Below are positions 48,359 through 58,099 of a stretch of DNA of 64,000 nt, piece after piece (within the stretch, counting starts at the first letter, position 1; each line of letters opens with the position of its first letter). The position numbers were made by a program, and so were the translations under genes. The notes under the pieces are model-generated. The model did no database searches, had not been told where the DNA came from, and saw only the letters and a program-made list of their open reading frames with translations. The stretch is from Nitrospirota bacterium (GTDB taxonomy: Bacteria; Nitrospirota; Nitrospiria; Nitrospirales; Nitrospiraceae), in assembly GCA_963701855.1 (NCBI GenBank), contig CAVPBK010000003.1:164045-228044 (forward strand), read 5' to 3'.

Positions 48359-50017
48359 CTAAGGGCGATCAGTGGATAGTCGCTTGGCGAGGCGATGAGC
48401 CAGTCGGACCATGCCGGCTGAGCGATCGGCTGGATCAAGCAGCACATTCATGACATGCAGGCGGCTGGTGTCAGCCAAGGCGGCGGTGAGCCCCCTCTCG
48501 AACTCCCCTTGGGTTGCGACCCGCGTGCCGACTCCGCCACCGATCATCTCGCAGATCCGTTCATAGCGCCACTCATGGACATCGTTGAATGGGCCTTCGA
48601 GAATTTCCCGTTCGGTGGAGTAGCCTCGGTTGTTCAGCACGACGACAATCGGCGTTTGGCCAAATCGCACGGCGGTCGAGAGTTCCGTTCCCGTCATTTG
48701 AAACGCGCCATCGCCGACCAGCACGATTGGTCTGAGCGTGGGATCGGCAAACGAGGCACCCACGGCTGCCGGGACGGCAAATCCCATTGAGGTGTAATAG
48801 GCTGGAGAAATGAATTCGAATCGCCCATGGACATGGAGATCGGCTGCTGCAAAAAGCGATTCTCCGACGTCGGCAATAACAAGGGTGTGTTCATCCAACA
48901 GGCTATCGAGGTGGCGGAAGAGCCCATTCAAAGTCACGGGGGTATCCGGTGCGATGGTACCTTGTGCTACGGCGAGCGGTGTCGGCAGTGGGCGGGAAGG
49001 AAACGAAGGGAACTGATTGGTCACCAGTGCCTTCACGAAGTCTTGAAACCGGATCGCATCGTAGCGGTGGTGTTTGATGGCTATCCGATCGGCTGTCGCG
49101 TGAATCGTGCGGCCTTCCGTCAGCAAGGGCGAATCGGCATTGAGGTCCTCGACATCGGATAAGATCGATCCCAGGATCAGCAGGCAGTCGGATGCATTGA
49201 TGAACTGTTGGACTTCGTCACGTGCGATAAGCCCCCCGTAGACTCCGACGTAGAGGGGGTGGTTTTCACGAATGATGGATTTGCCTAGCAGGGTCGAAGC
49301 GATGGGGACATTGAGTTGTTCAACCAGACGAATCAGATCGTCTTGCAGGCCGAATCGCCCGATCTCTGCACCGGCTAAGATCGCAGGCCGGCTGGCTGAG
49401 GCCAACATGGCGCGGACTTCGGCGATGGCTTCGTCCAGTGCGGCGGTATCGCTGGGTTCATCGTCGAGGCACAGGGGCCGTAACGGGTTTGCCAGTGGCG
49501 TATGGACGAGATCGCGAGGGATTTCGATGTAGATCGGGCGGCGATAGCGCAACAGCGCTGCAAAGGCCCGATCCATTTCTCGTTCGGCGGTTGAAGGATC
49601 GTCCAGGGAGATGGCGGCCACCGTGATCTTCTCGAATACATCGCGTTGTGTGGAAAAATCCCGCACCATATGGTGCAAGTAGGGCGTTCGAACACGTTCT
49701 GAGAGTCCTGGCGATCCGGTGAGCAGCACCACCGGCGACCGTTCTGCATAGGCGCAGGCGATCGCATTTACGGTATTGAGTCCGCCGACGCAGTAGGTCA
49801 CACAGACCGCCCCGATGCCGTTGATACGCGCATAGGCATCCGCCGCGAACCCCGCACAATCCTCGCGCGTGGTGCCGACATGTTGAATCGGCGAGGCCTC
49901 GATCAATTGGTAAAGGCTGAGGACATAGTCGCCGGGGATTCCAAAGATATGACGGACCCCCAATTGGTGGAGCCGATCGATCACGGCGGAACCGATAGTC
50001 GGTATTCGTGTCATCAT
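48359..50017 (-). CDS. ThDP-dependent 2-oxoacid decarboxylase (PDC/IPDC family)
   Basis: FGIPGDY, FAADAYAR, LHH, GDGAFQMTG...NNRGYSTE. Confidence 0.9.
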   Translation of the reverse strand: MMTRIPTIGSAVIDRLHQLGVRHIFGIPGDYVLSLYQLIEASPIQHVGTTREDCAGFAADAYARINGIGAVCVTYCVGGLNTVNAIACAYAERSPVVLLTGSPGLSERVRTPYLHHMVRDFSTQRDVFEKITVAAISLDDPSTAEREMDRAFAALLRYRRPIYIEIPRDLVHTPLANPLRPLCLDDEPSDTAALDEAIAEVRAMLASASRPAILAGAEIGRFGLQDDLIRLVEQLNVPIASTLLGKSIIRENHPLYVGVYGGLIARDEVQQFINASDCLLILGSILSDVEDLNADSPLLTEGRTIHATADRIAIKHHRYDAIRFQDFVKALVTNQFPSFPSRPLPTPLAVAQGTIAPDTPVTLNGLFRHLDSLLDEHTLVIADVGESLFAAADLHVHGRFEFISPAYYTSMGFAVPAAVGASFADPTLRPIVLVGDGAFQMTGTELSTAVRFGQTPIVVVLNNRGYSTEREILEGPFNDVHEWRYERICEMIGGGVGTRVATQGEFERGLTAALADTSRLHVMNVLLDPADRSAGMVRLAHRLAKRLSTDRP

Positions 50018-50111
50018 TGGACTTTCCTGGTTTACGGAACGGAAAATATGCGGCATCTCCTGCGTAGGCGCAGCAAACCACAGCCTGGGTCATCCGTCAA
50101 GCAACTAGCCG

Positions 50112-50313
50112 GCATTATTCATGACAGTTCGTCGCGAAATCACGCAGTCGCCACGCGAGACAGGCGCGCGGAGTCGCGAGGAAGGGAGGCATACTTGAAA
50201 TAGTATGTTGACCGACCGAGCGGCGAGCCCGCCTACCTGGACGCGGGCTGACCGCGTCCGGCTTGTCGCAGCGGCGAATCCGCGATTGCAGCAGAAGCGT
50301 TCATGAATAATGC
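50112..50313. mobile_element. MITE-like element, family B
   Basis: Perfect 13-bp terminal inverted repeat GCATTATTCATGA / TCATGAATAATGC, internal hairpins, no coding signal. Confidence 0.65.
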
Positions 50314-50370
50314 GACTTGATGCATGTGGAAGGGCTTGACGTTCGGGTCACGCCATTGGATAAGTAGGCC

Positions 50371-51564
50371 ATGACTCTTCATGATGACAGTCCACGCGGC
50401 CACGTCCGCCTCTCCCGCACACGTGCGATCGAGGAATTGGGGCACCTCTGGATCTATGCCGGTTATATGGAGGAGGCCAGCGGCGAGCTGGTCTCGGGCG
50501 ATGTGGTCGATGTCATGGCATCGAATGGGCGATTCTACGCCAGAGGTTTCTACAATCCTGCATCCAAGATTCGCGTGCGAATTCTGACTTTCGACGACGT
50601 ACCCATTACAGAACTGTTTTGGAGGGGGCGGCTTGCGCAGGCTGTCAGGTTGCGTCGACGTATTGTCGCCGGCACCAATGCGTATCGTCTTATCTATGGA
50701 GAAGCGGATCGATTGCCTGGCCTAGTTGTGGATCGCTATGACGATGTCTTGGTTATGCAGACCCTGTCTTCCGGTATGGACCGCCGGAAAGATCTGCTGG
50801 CCGATCTCCTGTGTCAGGAGTCTGGAGCCACGCGAGTATATCTGCGCAATGATGCTAAAAGTCGCATATTGGAGGGGCTGCCAGTGGAGAGAGGGTTTCT
50901 CCGAGGGGGTGGCGCGACGACGGTTGAGATTCAGGAAGGGCCGGCTCGATTTCTCGTCGATATTGAACGAGGGCAAAAAACTGGTTGGTTTTGCGATCAA
51001 CGAGAGAATCGCTTGGTGACAGCAGCGTTCGCAGCCGGCGCAGAGGTGCTGGAGGTGTTTGCTCATACTGGAGCTTTTGGGATTCATGCGGCGCTCGCGG
51101 GAGCGAAGTCAGTGGAAGGGCTGGATGTGAGTGAGGAGGCCTTGGCGTTGGCGCGCAACCATGCGGTGATAAACAAGGTGGCCGATCGTTGCGTATACCG
51201 AGCAGCGGATGCGTTTGAGGAGATGCGAAAACTGGAACGGGCCGGGTGCCGTTACGATCTGGTATTGCTCGACCCCCCGGCATTTGCCCGCAGTAAGCAG
51301 GCCGTGCCCCGTGCGCTGACTGGGTACAAAGATGTGAACTTGCTGGGAATGCGGCTTACCAAGCCGGAAGGATTTCTGGCTACGAGTTCCTGCTCCCATC
51401 ACGTAACTGAACAGCAATTGTGGACGAGTATCCGCCTTGCTGCACGAGATGCCAAGCGGCAGGTCCGTCTGCTTGAACAGCGTGGACAGGCCAGCGACCA
51501 TCCCATCCTCGCCACCATGCCGGAAACGCGCTACCTGAAGTGTTTCATACTGCAAGTTCTCTAG
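50371..51564 (+). CDS. rlmI: RlmI-like class I SAM-dependent rRNA methyltransferase
   Basis: PUA-like N-terminus, EADRLPGLVVDRY, GQKTGWFCDQREN, LDPPAF, SSCS, PETRYLK. Confidence 0.88.
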   Translation: MTLHDDSPRGHVRLSRTRAIEELGHLWIYAGYMEEASGELVSGDVVDVMASNGRFYARGFYNPASKIRVRILTFDDVPITELFWRGRLAQAVRLRRRIVAGTNAYRLIYGEADRLPGLVVDRYDDVLVMQTLSSGMDRRKDLLADLLCQESGATRVYLRNDAKSRILEGLPVERGFLRGGGATTVEIQEGPARFLVDIERGQKTGWFCDQRENRLVTAAFAAGAEVLEVFAHTGAFGIHAALAGAKSVEGLDVSEEALALARNHAVINKVADRCVYRAADAFEEMRKLERAGCRYDLVLLDPPAFARSKQAVPRALTGYKDVNLLGMRLTKPEGFLATSSCSHHVTEQQLWTSIRLAARDAKRQVRLLEQRGQASDHPILATMPETRYLKCFILQVL

Positions 51565-51694
51565 CAGGATGCTCAAACTGGTTTGTTTTGTATATCTGGT
51601 TCATTTGGTCTGTCTGGTTTAACCAAATAAACAAGACAAACCAAATAAACTAAATGACGGGCTTCTTCTGTTGGCAGACTTTTTCAGCGCCCTG
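51565..51694. mobile_element. MITE-like element with family A ends and 9-mer palindromic core
   Basis: CTAG|CAGGATGCTCAAA...GACTTTTTCAGCGCCCTG|CTAA. Confidence 0.78.
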
Positions 51695-52156
51695 CTAATC
51701 ACTCGGTGGTTCGAAGTGGCCCGATGGGCGGTTCTGCCAGGGGATCGTCGCCTGCTTGGCTTGTTTGACGAGGCTACGCAAATTGACTTCCGCTGCACGG
51801 AGCAGCTTTGGTTCGCCACTTTGCATGATAGCAGTCAGCAGGACGTAGAGCGAACGATCCATCCGTGATCCGGCGAGGATTCGTTCTGTGACAGGATCGG
51901 GGCCTGTGGGGGAGGAACTCTCATCTTCCTCAGGATCGTCAAACAAGGTACGAAACGAAGTCGGATGGCTAAAGAGCCAGGCAGGAGGGATCTTCATGGC
52001 CGCAGCGAGCGTTTCAAGTAGCGAGGCAGAGGGATCAACCACTTCCGCTTCAATTTCCTCTAACACATGAGGCGGTAGATGCGATTCGGCTGCCAAGTCG
52101 TCGACCGAGTGACCTCGGGAGATACGCCAAGCTTGAATCTGTTGTCCGAGCGCCAT
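51695..52156 (-). CDS. XRE-family HTH protein
   Basis: LGQQIQAWR...SVDDLA...EIE...DPS..LL..LA.A. Confidence 0.8.
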   Translation of the reverse strand: MALGQQIQAWRISRGHSVDDLAAESHLPPHVLEEIEAEVVDPSASLLETLAAAMKIPPAWLFSHPTSFRTLFDDPEEDESSSPTGPDPVTERILAGSRMDRSLYVLLTAIMQSGEPKLLRAAEVNLRSLVKQAKQATIPWQNRPSGHFEPPSD

Positions 52157-52330
52157 GGTGCAATGGTACTGAAATGAAGCCCCTCTCCGCAACCTCCCTG
52201 TATCGGGCTATGGCTCGATACGCCTTGAAACACAATGGCTTATGCGTAATTTCCCTCTGTGGAAGATGAGCGATGAAATCAGGTATACTCAGACGCTCAG
52301 TTCATGCTCGATTCAGCGAGGAGGCGCATC

Positions 52331-52672
52331 ATGTTAGGCACAGATATTCGTGGAATTATTGCAGAAGAAGAGGAAGTTCAGCGGCGCAAGGACGCCTTGA
52401 AATCGCTTTTAACCATGCGTTCCAAGCAGCTGCGCGAGTCGTTGGAACAGCGGATCAAGCGTGCTCGGACTTGTGGAGATTGGATACAGCTTTCTCAGGA
52501 AGAATGTGCCACGCTTCACAAACGTGAAAAGCTCCATCTCAAGTCTCAGTTCGATAAGCTTCAGCACGAGCAGGATCGAACCAGAGGGAAGTTGACTGCT
52601 CTCAAACGAGCAAAGGCGCGGGCTCAACGGATTCGCGCTGCTGAAGCTGCATCCGGGCGGAAACGTCGCTGA
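52331..52672 (+). CDS. Hypothetical coiled-coil protein
   Basis: GAGGAGG RBS, 113 aa. Confidence 0.75.
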   Translation: MLGTDIRGIIAEEEEVQRRKDALKSLLTMRSKQLRESLEQRIKRARTCGDWIQLSQEECATLHKREKLHLKSQFDKLQHEQDRTRGKLTALKRAKARAQRIRAAEAASGRKRR

Positions 52673-52701
52673 ACCAGTTCTCTCCACTGTGACGCACTAG
52701 C

Positions 52702-53508
52702 GTGGCTGCCTCACTCCCCCTCCTGACGCGCTCGCAAAGGGCGCATATCCGTGAACTTCTCCTTGATAGACGTGTACGTGCACAGGAGGGTGCCTTCGTG
52801 GTTGAAGGCGCCCACCCAGTTAGAGATCTCCTGACTCGGTATCCTGAGCAGATTCTCACAATCGTCACCGCCCACGGCTATTTGCTAAAAGAGGCGGAAG
52901 GAGACCGACTGGTTCGACTAGCCTCCTCGGCGCAACAGTACTCCTGTCCCGACCCCCAGTTCTCAAAACTGTCTGATCTGGATGCGCCGCAGGGTATCCT
53001 TGCTGTGGTGCGGCAATCGACATGGGATGAAGGAGAGATTCTTAGACAGCCGACTGTCTTGGGGATTTTTGGAGAGCAGCTACAAGACCCTGCCAATGTT
53101 GGAGCCATCATTCGAACGGCGGCCGCGCTCAATGCGAGTGCCCTATGGCTTACGCCGGAATCCGCCGACGTCTATCATCCCAAGGTGGTTCGTGCGACGA
53201 GCGGTATGTTGCTCGCGCTGCCGATCTTTACGGCCAAAGGTGTGCTTGGCCTGATTCAGCAAGGCTGTCAGATTTTTGCGGCAGAAGTGACAGTGGGCGG
53301 GACTATTTCGATTGATGAGATTCACCAGGCGCCAGGGAAACTTGTGCTTGCTGTAGGCAATGAAAGCCGTGGTTTGTCGGCTCAGATCCGCAGACAAGCG
53401 ACCATACGGTTTACCATCCCTCTCAGCCGCAATATAGAATCTCTCAATGTTGCGGCGACCGTGGCCATCGCCACATTCTACTTTTCTCGACTTCCTAAAG
53501 GGAAATGA
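52702..53508 (+). CDS. TrmH/SpoU-family RNA methyltransferase
   Basis: FVVEG, PQGILAVV, QDPANVGAIIRTA, GNESRGLS, ESLNVA. Confidence 0.92.
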   Translation: MAASLPLLTRSQRAHIRELLLDRRVRAQEGAFVVEGAHPVRDLLTRYPEQILTIVTAHGYLLKEAEGDRLVRLASSAQQYSCPDPQFSKLSDLDAPQGILAVVRQSTWDEGEILRQPTVLGIFGEQLQDPANVGAIIRTAAALNASALWLTPESADVYHPKVVRATSGMLLALPIFTAKGVLGLIQQGCQIFAAEVTVGGTISIDEIHQAPGKLVLAVGNESRGLSAQIRRQATIRFTIPLSRNIESLNVAATVAIATFYFSRLPKGK

Positions 53509-53579
53509 CCCAGCGCCCATTCGCTCGTGCGAATAGGATAGGCCTGTTGGTCATTAATCTGTAAATGGAAAGTGAGAAG

Positions 53580-53629
53580 TGGTGCCGAGGGACAGAATTG
53601 AACTGTCGACACCAGCCTTTTCAGGGCCG
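53580..53629 (-). other. 3' half of tRNA-Phe(GAA): attachment-site duplication at a genomic island boundary
   Basis: Minus strand CGGCC-CTGAAAA-GGCTG-GTGTC-GACAG-TTCAATT-CTGTC-CCTCGGC-ACCA; 5' acceptor strand and D arm missing. Confidence 0.85.
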
Positions 53630-53699
53630 CAACAAACTGAACAGAAACGACAGCTTGTCAAGAAAAGACGATGCAAAAGTGACATTTCATGTCATGGAA

Positions 53700-53740
53700 T
53701 ATCAATGAGTTACAGCGCCAGGTGCCACTAGTGGCACCTG
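53700..53740. promoter_or_regulatory. IHF-consensus site plus perfect 22-bp palindrome in the att arm
   Basis: TATCAATGAGTTA (53700-53712); CAGGTGCCACTAGTGGCACCTG (53719-53740). Confidence 0.55.
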
Positions 53741-53819
53741 AGTGAATCGCATGGTGAAGTTGCTCGTGGAAGGCTGATTGCTCTGCGAAAGCAGAATGAT
53801 CGCGCCTACACGAGTGACG

Positions 53820-53963
53820 CTATCTTCTCTTGCGCTACTCTCAGGGCGGTACCGGCTGCGGATCAGCCCACAAGCCTTTCCGCTCCTCTCGTACTGCCAT
53901 TTCCAACCCGTCCAACACCGTATCTCCCGGCGCATACTTTCGATACTACCGGCACCAACCGTT
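53820..53963 (-). pseudogene. Thermonuclease C-terminal fragment with three Trp-to-stop changes
   Basis: GWCR*YRKYAPGDTVLDGLEMAVREERKGLWADPQPVPP*E*RKRR*. Confidence 0.85.
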
Positions 53964-54164
53964 TTGATGTTGCCCACCTATTTGGGTGCCGCCGAGAGCT
54001 ATCCAGAAGGTGTTGCTCTCGCGGCCTTGACGTGAGAGGCTATTCCTTGCGGCAATTGTGAGAACGACGTTGCACCAGAGTTGTTGGATGGAGGGCAAGT
54101 GAAGGTTCACCTGATTCGACAGCATTTCCCATCCAAGTGCCCCGTTTCCCGCTCGCATGGAGGA

Positions 54165-54776
54165 ATGGTCTGCCTCGGCCTCTTTGCAATATTGTGGGTT
54201 GGCATCACGACGGTGTTTGCCCAAGGCCGCGTCACGGATGTGTTGGTGTCAGTGGTCAAAGACAAAGTGATCGCAGTGACGGGGGTCGGGCCATCCGAGA
54301 TCGACCTCTCAGTCGATGAAACCGTGCAGAGTACCAAGGCTCAGGGTCTGACCGCACTAGCGATTACGTCAACGAGATTACTGGGGTTTTCCTCTCAGCT
54401 TCGACGCTGGGGGGAACAGCCGCTGGGGGGAGACGAGCATGTTGGCACATCGCAGGTGCGTCGAGAGTTCTGCCTCGTGGTCACCGATCAGCATCTGTTT
54501 GGTTTTCAGGAAACCCTCGCGCATTGGACCGGCGAGGACCTCGGCGCGTCTGAACGGGTTCAGGACGTCCATGCCCAGGGCCACTTGGCTGTGGTAGTCA
54601 CGACGGAACGGCTGTTGGGGTACTCGGCGTTGATGAGCGGGTTTCATACGATAGCTCTGCAGGTAAACGAACGGGTACAGGGCATCGAACACACTGGCGA
54701 TGCCATTCTCATCAAGACGAGCAGCCGGATATTAATGTTTCGCAGTCGCATGGCTGGTTGGATTGAACAGGGCTGA
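54165..54776 (+). CDS. Secreted hypothetical protein with about 40-aa beta repeats
   Basis: Signal peptide; four units ending TSTRLLGFS / TDQHLFGFQ / TTERLLGYS / TSSRILMFR. Confidence 0.75.
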   Translation: MVCLGLFAILWVGITTVFAQGRVTDVLVSVVKDKVIAVTGVGPSEIDLSVDETVQSTKAQGLTALAITSTRLLGFSSQLRRWGEQPLGGDEHVGTSQVRREFCLVVTDQHLFGFQETLAHWTGEDLGASERVQDVHAQGHLAVVVTTERLLGYSALMSGFHTIALQVNERVQGIEHTGDAILIKTSSRILMFRSRMAGWIEQG

Positions 54777-54780
54777 GTGC

Positions 54781-55088
54781 GGCAAGTGTACGCCCGTATC
54801 TCTCGAAGCTGTAAGTCTGTAGCGTGACATCCTTCCCAGGCAGAAGCTCGGATGCGGCTTGATTGGCTCGCTTGCCGTAGGCCTAGCCATTTTCAGGGCA
54901 GTCGATGCGGCTCAGGCAGATACGTTCAGCGCGGTTGTTGTGCAGGACTTCGAGAGTGTCACCGTCGAAGACGGAGATGACGAGGTCAGCGAAGTACTCG
55001 GCGTATGAATTCCAGGAAAGCAAGGAGTGAGGGGAAGAACTAACAGGAGAAGGGTGGAAAGGAAGATTTTCGGTGCGCTGCGTCTCAA
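54781..55088 (-). pseudogene. Thermonuclease N-terminal fragment
   Basis: VISVFDGDTLEVLHNNRAERICLSRIDCPENG*AYGKRANQAASELLPGKDVTLQTYSFERYGRTLA; signal peptide in a shifted frame. Confidence 0.85.
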
Positions 55089-55799
55089 CCTAGTCGCAAC
55101 TATTATCTCGGAAGGATGCTCTAGGATCACTTTCCTGCAATAGCTCCTCGAATCTCCGTACAACAGAGATGACTTCCCAATAATAATCTCGTAGGACCTT
55201 TTCAATCAATCCCGCTTTTCGGTCAGACAATTCTGACAGACGGCACCGGCCAAATATCCTTCTCGATGGGGCGATGGTGTTTACTTCAGGTTACGGGTGA
55301 TTGGCGAGAATGGCCACTGGCAGGCTGTGGCGAGCCAGACGGGATACGCGTCCGCAGTTCATGGGGCCAGATCCTGCGGAGAGAACAGAGGACTGGATAT
55401 GAGTTGTCAGCGTTGCGGAGGATTTTGGGCTGCTGAGGTTGTAGATGCAGACGAAGCCATTCTGAACATGCTTCAACGACATGAGTGTCATGCAATTTTT
55501 TAGGGGACACATTCGATGTAATACGAATTATTCATGATGTGGGTTGTTGGTAGCATTGCAGTGGTTGCGGCCAGCATGGTGCTCGGTGGCTTATTGTGTG
55601 TGGTGTGTCTTTAGAGGTAATAGGCGCTCCCGATTCGTCTCCACCCGTGCACGTCAACAACGTCTCCCGTGAAAGAGCTCTCTCCAAACTTGTTTGTTTG
55701 CCCTCCTCCGAAATGACACACGTAATCAGGCCTGACTGCGGCCATCGAACGAGCAGTGCTATCTATGGGCCTCCCAAGCTCGCTCACCTTCTTCTTTGG

Positions 55800-56047
55800 G
55801 GGTGAAAGAATCTCTTTTGCATGAGTTGATTCTTCCGTACAAACGGACACCCCGTGATGATCTTTTCGGAATAGGTATCGCCAATGCCAGGGAGGGCTTC
55901 GAGTTAGTCCGCCGGCGCGGTATTGAGATCAAGCAATTCTGTCTAGTCGCCAGTGATCGCCAGAGACGGGCCCACAAGGATCGAAGGCCTGAAGCTCCAG
56001 GAACAGAGCCACGATAGAGTAAGGACAACAATACTAAAATATTTCAT
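55800..56047 (-). pseudogene. ComEA-like helix-hairpin-helix protein with two stops
   Basis: AGGAGG RBS, MKYFSIVV...D*TELLDLNTAPAD*LEALPGIGDTYSEKII. Confidence 0.8.
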
Positions 56048-56253
56048 GGGTGGCCCTCCTTACGCGGAATGGAATGTACCGTTACCGTGAGGCAGAGAGC
56101 CGTCTCCGGCGTGCCGGAGAGGGATAAGCGGCGGGAGTGACAGTCTTACTGGCGCGAGCGGTGCACCTCGTAGGTGATAGCCGGTCGGCCGTTGCCGGAG
56201 GCTACCACAAGAAAGCGAAGAAATGTGGCAAGCAGAATCTCTGGTGAATCCGC

Positions 56254-56554
56254 TTAGCGATTAGCGGGATTCAAGGGATTGTCAGGATTGTACTGGTCCG
56301 CAGGATTGAACGGGTTGCTGGGGCTGTATGTAATCGCCGGATTAACCGGATTACTGGAATCATAGCGGTTTGCAGGGTTGAAGGAATTGTCTGTCGCATA
56401 GGTCTGTGCGGGGTTCAGGTGGTTATCCGGAGCACATTTGATTGCCGTATTGAAGATGTCGTAGTCGCGCTCGTACTTCGGATCGAACCCTTGCTCGGCA
56501 ACCGCGGGTGTGACGGAAAAGAGCAGCGGCAGGAGAAGGAGGACTTCTTTCTAT
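56254..56554 (-). pseudogene. Secreted protein of 12-aa Y-x-P-x-N-P-x-N-P-A repeats, start codon disrupted
   Basis: KEVLLLLPLLFSVTPAVAEQGFDPKYERDY...YSPSNPFNPADQYNPDNPLNPANR*; preceded by ATAG instead of ATG. Confidence 0.75.
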
Positions 56555-56755
56555 AAAAGGAGGTCTAATGGTAGGAGCCGCTTCGGGCGCAATGATAGGT
56601 AGTTTTCATGGTGCGGCCATAGGTTTCATAGGCCAAGTGAGAGAGGTGTGAGCAGGCTATGGGCAGTCAATATGGTTCCTGAATGAGAAGCGCTCCCGAT
56701 ACTGGAATCTTTACACCTGCCTGACTAAACGTATTCTGTCACACCAAGCCACAAC

Positions 56756-57232
56756 TTATCGATGATGCCCGTGTCCCCAATTGCCATAGTACCGAGGTCC
56801 CCAAAACCGATGGCCATACCCATAGGGGCCTCCAAAAGAGAATCCTAATCCAATCCCGGGCGGATAATAGCCATATCCGTACTGATACCCGTACGGATAG
56901 CCGTAGCCGTAGGCATACGGGACTGGAGGCGGCGGAGCAGGCACTGCCGGTGGCGTCGTGACTTGCGGTGGCCGTGCGGCTTGATCCTGGAGAGCTTTCA
57001 ACTGAGACTGTTGTGTCTGCAGCTGCCCTTCTAATTGCCCAATCCGATTGCGTTGCTCTTCAAGCATTCCATGGATGCACCGGGTTTGGGCGTCTCCACT
57101 GTAATTGGAGCATTCCCATGGCACACTCGGATCCGAGGCCTCGGCCTTCGGCAACAGAGGGAAGATGACGGGGAGGATGCACAGGATGAAGAGCGCTAAA
57201 TTTCTGGTGAGCGACTGGGACGGGGAGATCAT
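56756..57232 (-). CDS. Secreted protein with coiled coil and Pro/Tyr/Gly-rich tail
   Basis: AGGAGG RBS, signal peptide, C-x9-C, YGY repeats. Confidence 0.75.
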   Translation of the reverse strand: MISPSQSLTRNLALFILCILPVIFPLLPKAEASDPSVPWECSNYSGDAQTRCIHGMLEEQRNRIGQLEGQLQTQQSQLKALQDQAARPPQVTTPPAVPAPPPPVPYAYGYGYPYGYQYGYGYYPPGIGLGFSFGGPYGYGHRFWGPRYYGNWGHGHHR

Positions 57233-57369
57233 GGTGTCCTCCTATCTGCCTACAATAGATAGTCTTCAGTCTAACATCCCCCAGCGGTGGAAGGGCGCGA
57301 ACTCCTTCAAGCATCGGTGGCTCGAAACGATTGAACGGGCAGGGGTTGCTCAAGGACCGACTTCTCAGG

Positions 57370-57597
57370 TCCGCCAAGCGCGAGCGGAGCCTGATCGAGC
57401 CGGGCGATTTTGAAGCATGCTTGAACGCCGCGGCCGCCCTCGGAGACGACCGGCTCCAAAAGATGGGACAAGGCTATGTCCAACCGGAAAGCTTGACACA
57501 TGGATCCTCCGAACAACGCAGGGCATGGCTGCGAAAAGGCTTGGAGATCGGGCCTCTAAACGCCTGCGACCTTTTGCATGCCACCAGCCTTTGTTAG
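57370..57597 (+). pseudogene. YpfJ-like neutral zinc metallopeptidase C-terminal fragment
   Basis: IEPGDFEACLNAAAALGDDRLQ...QPESLTHGSSEQRRAW...ACD; HEXXH region absent. Confidence 0.8.
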
Positions 57598-57654
57598 CGA
57601 ACTAGGGTTTATCCTTTGATCCTGTTCCATAGACATCATCGAGATATCTATTAC

Positions 57655-57966
57655 TCAACGGAGGATGCCTTTGGCGGTTTCGGTTGTTTTATTGACGATG
57701 CGTTCGGCAGTTCCGATCGCTTTCCCTAGGAATGTCCCCACCGTTTTGCCAGCCTCGCGCGCCGTTGATCGAGTGGTACGCTTAGCACCCTTGGTTTTCC
57801 GCTTGAGGGACTTGGCTCCTTGAAGTGCCCGTTTACCGGGAGTGCGCGCAACACGGCGCGGTTTGGCGGCGACGACAGGGCGCTTCTTTAGGACCTTCCG
57901 TTTAACGCCGGAAAGTTTCCGATCCACCTTCTTGCCCAATTGTTTCATCTTTCGCAGAACCTTCAT
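57655..57966 (-). CDS. Lys/Arg-rich basic hypothetical protein
   Basis: TAAGGAGG RBS, 103 aa, very basic. Confidence 0.7.
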   Translation of the reverse strand: MKVLRKMKQLGKKVDRKLSGVKRKVLKKRPVVAAKPRRVARTPGKRALQGAKSLKRKTKGAKRTTRSTAREAGKTVGTFLGKAIGTAERIVNKTTETAKGILR

Positions 57967-58099
57967 GTAACCTCCTTAATTTGGGGAAATAACTGTATAA
58001 GCATGGGATAGGCAACCAACGTACAGCTTCAACGTAACAGGCCCCTCCCTGCTTTTGAACAGCCGATACCTTCAGAGCCCTCGAAAGAGATTGTTGGCA

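Noticed and set aside
48359..50017. ThDP enzyme as the missing phosphonopyruvate decarboxylase
   Set aside because: Three-domain PDC/IPDC-type protein of about 550 aa with GDY and HH motifs, about 19 kb from pepM; unlike Ppd
53580..53660. Functional tRNA-Phe
   Set aside because: The 5' acceptor strand and D arm are absent; only the 3' 50 nt remain
2750..54781. A 52-kb inversion splitting one thermonuclease gene into the halves at 2750 and 54781
   Set aside because: The N-half at 54781 has its own co-oriented C-half at 53820-53963
55399..55503. Small CxxC zinc-finger ORF MSCQRCGG
   Set aside because: Only 34 aa and the second Cys pair is missing; at most a remnant, too weak to call
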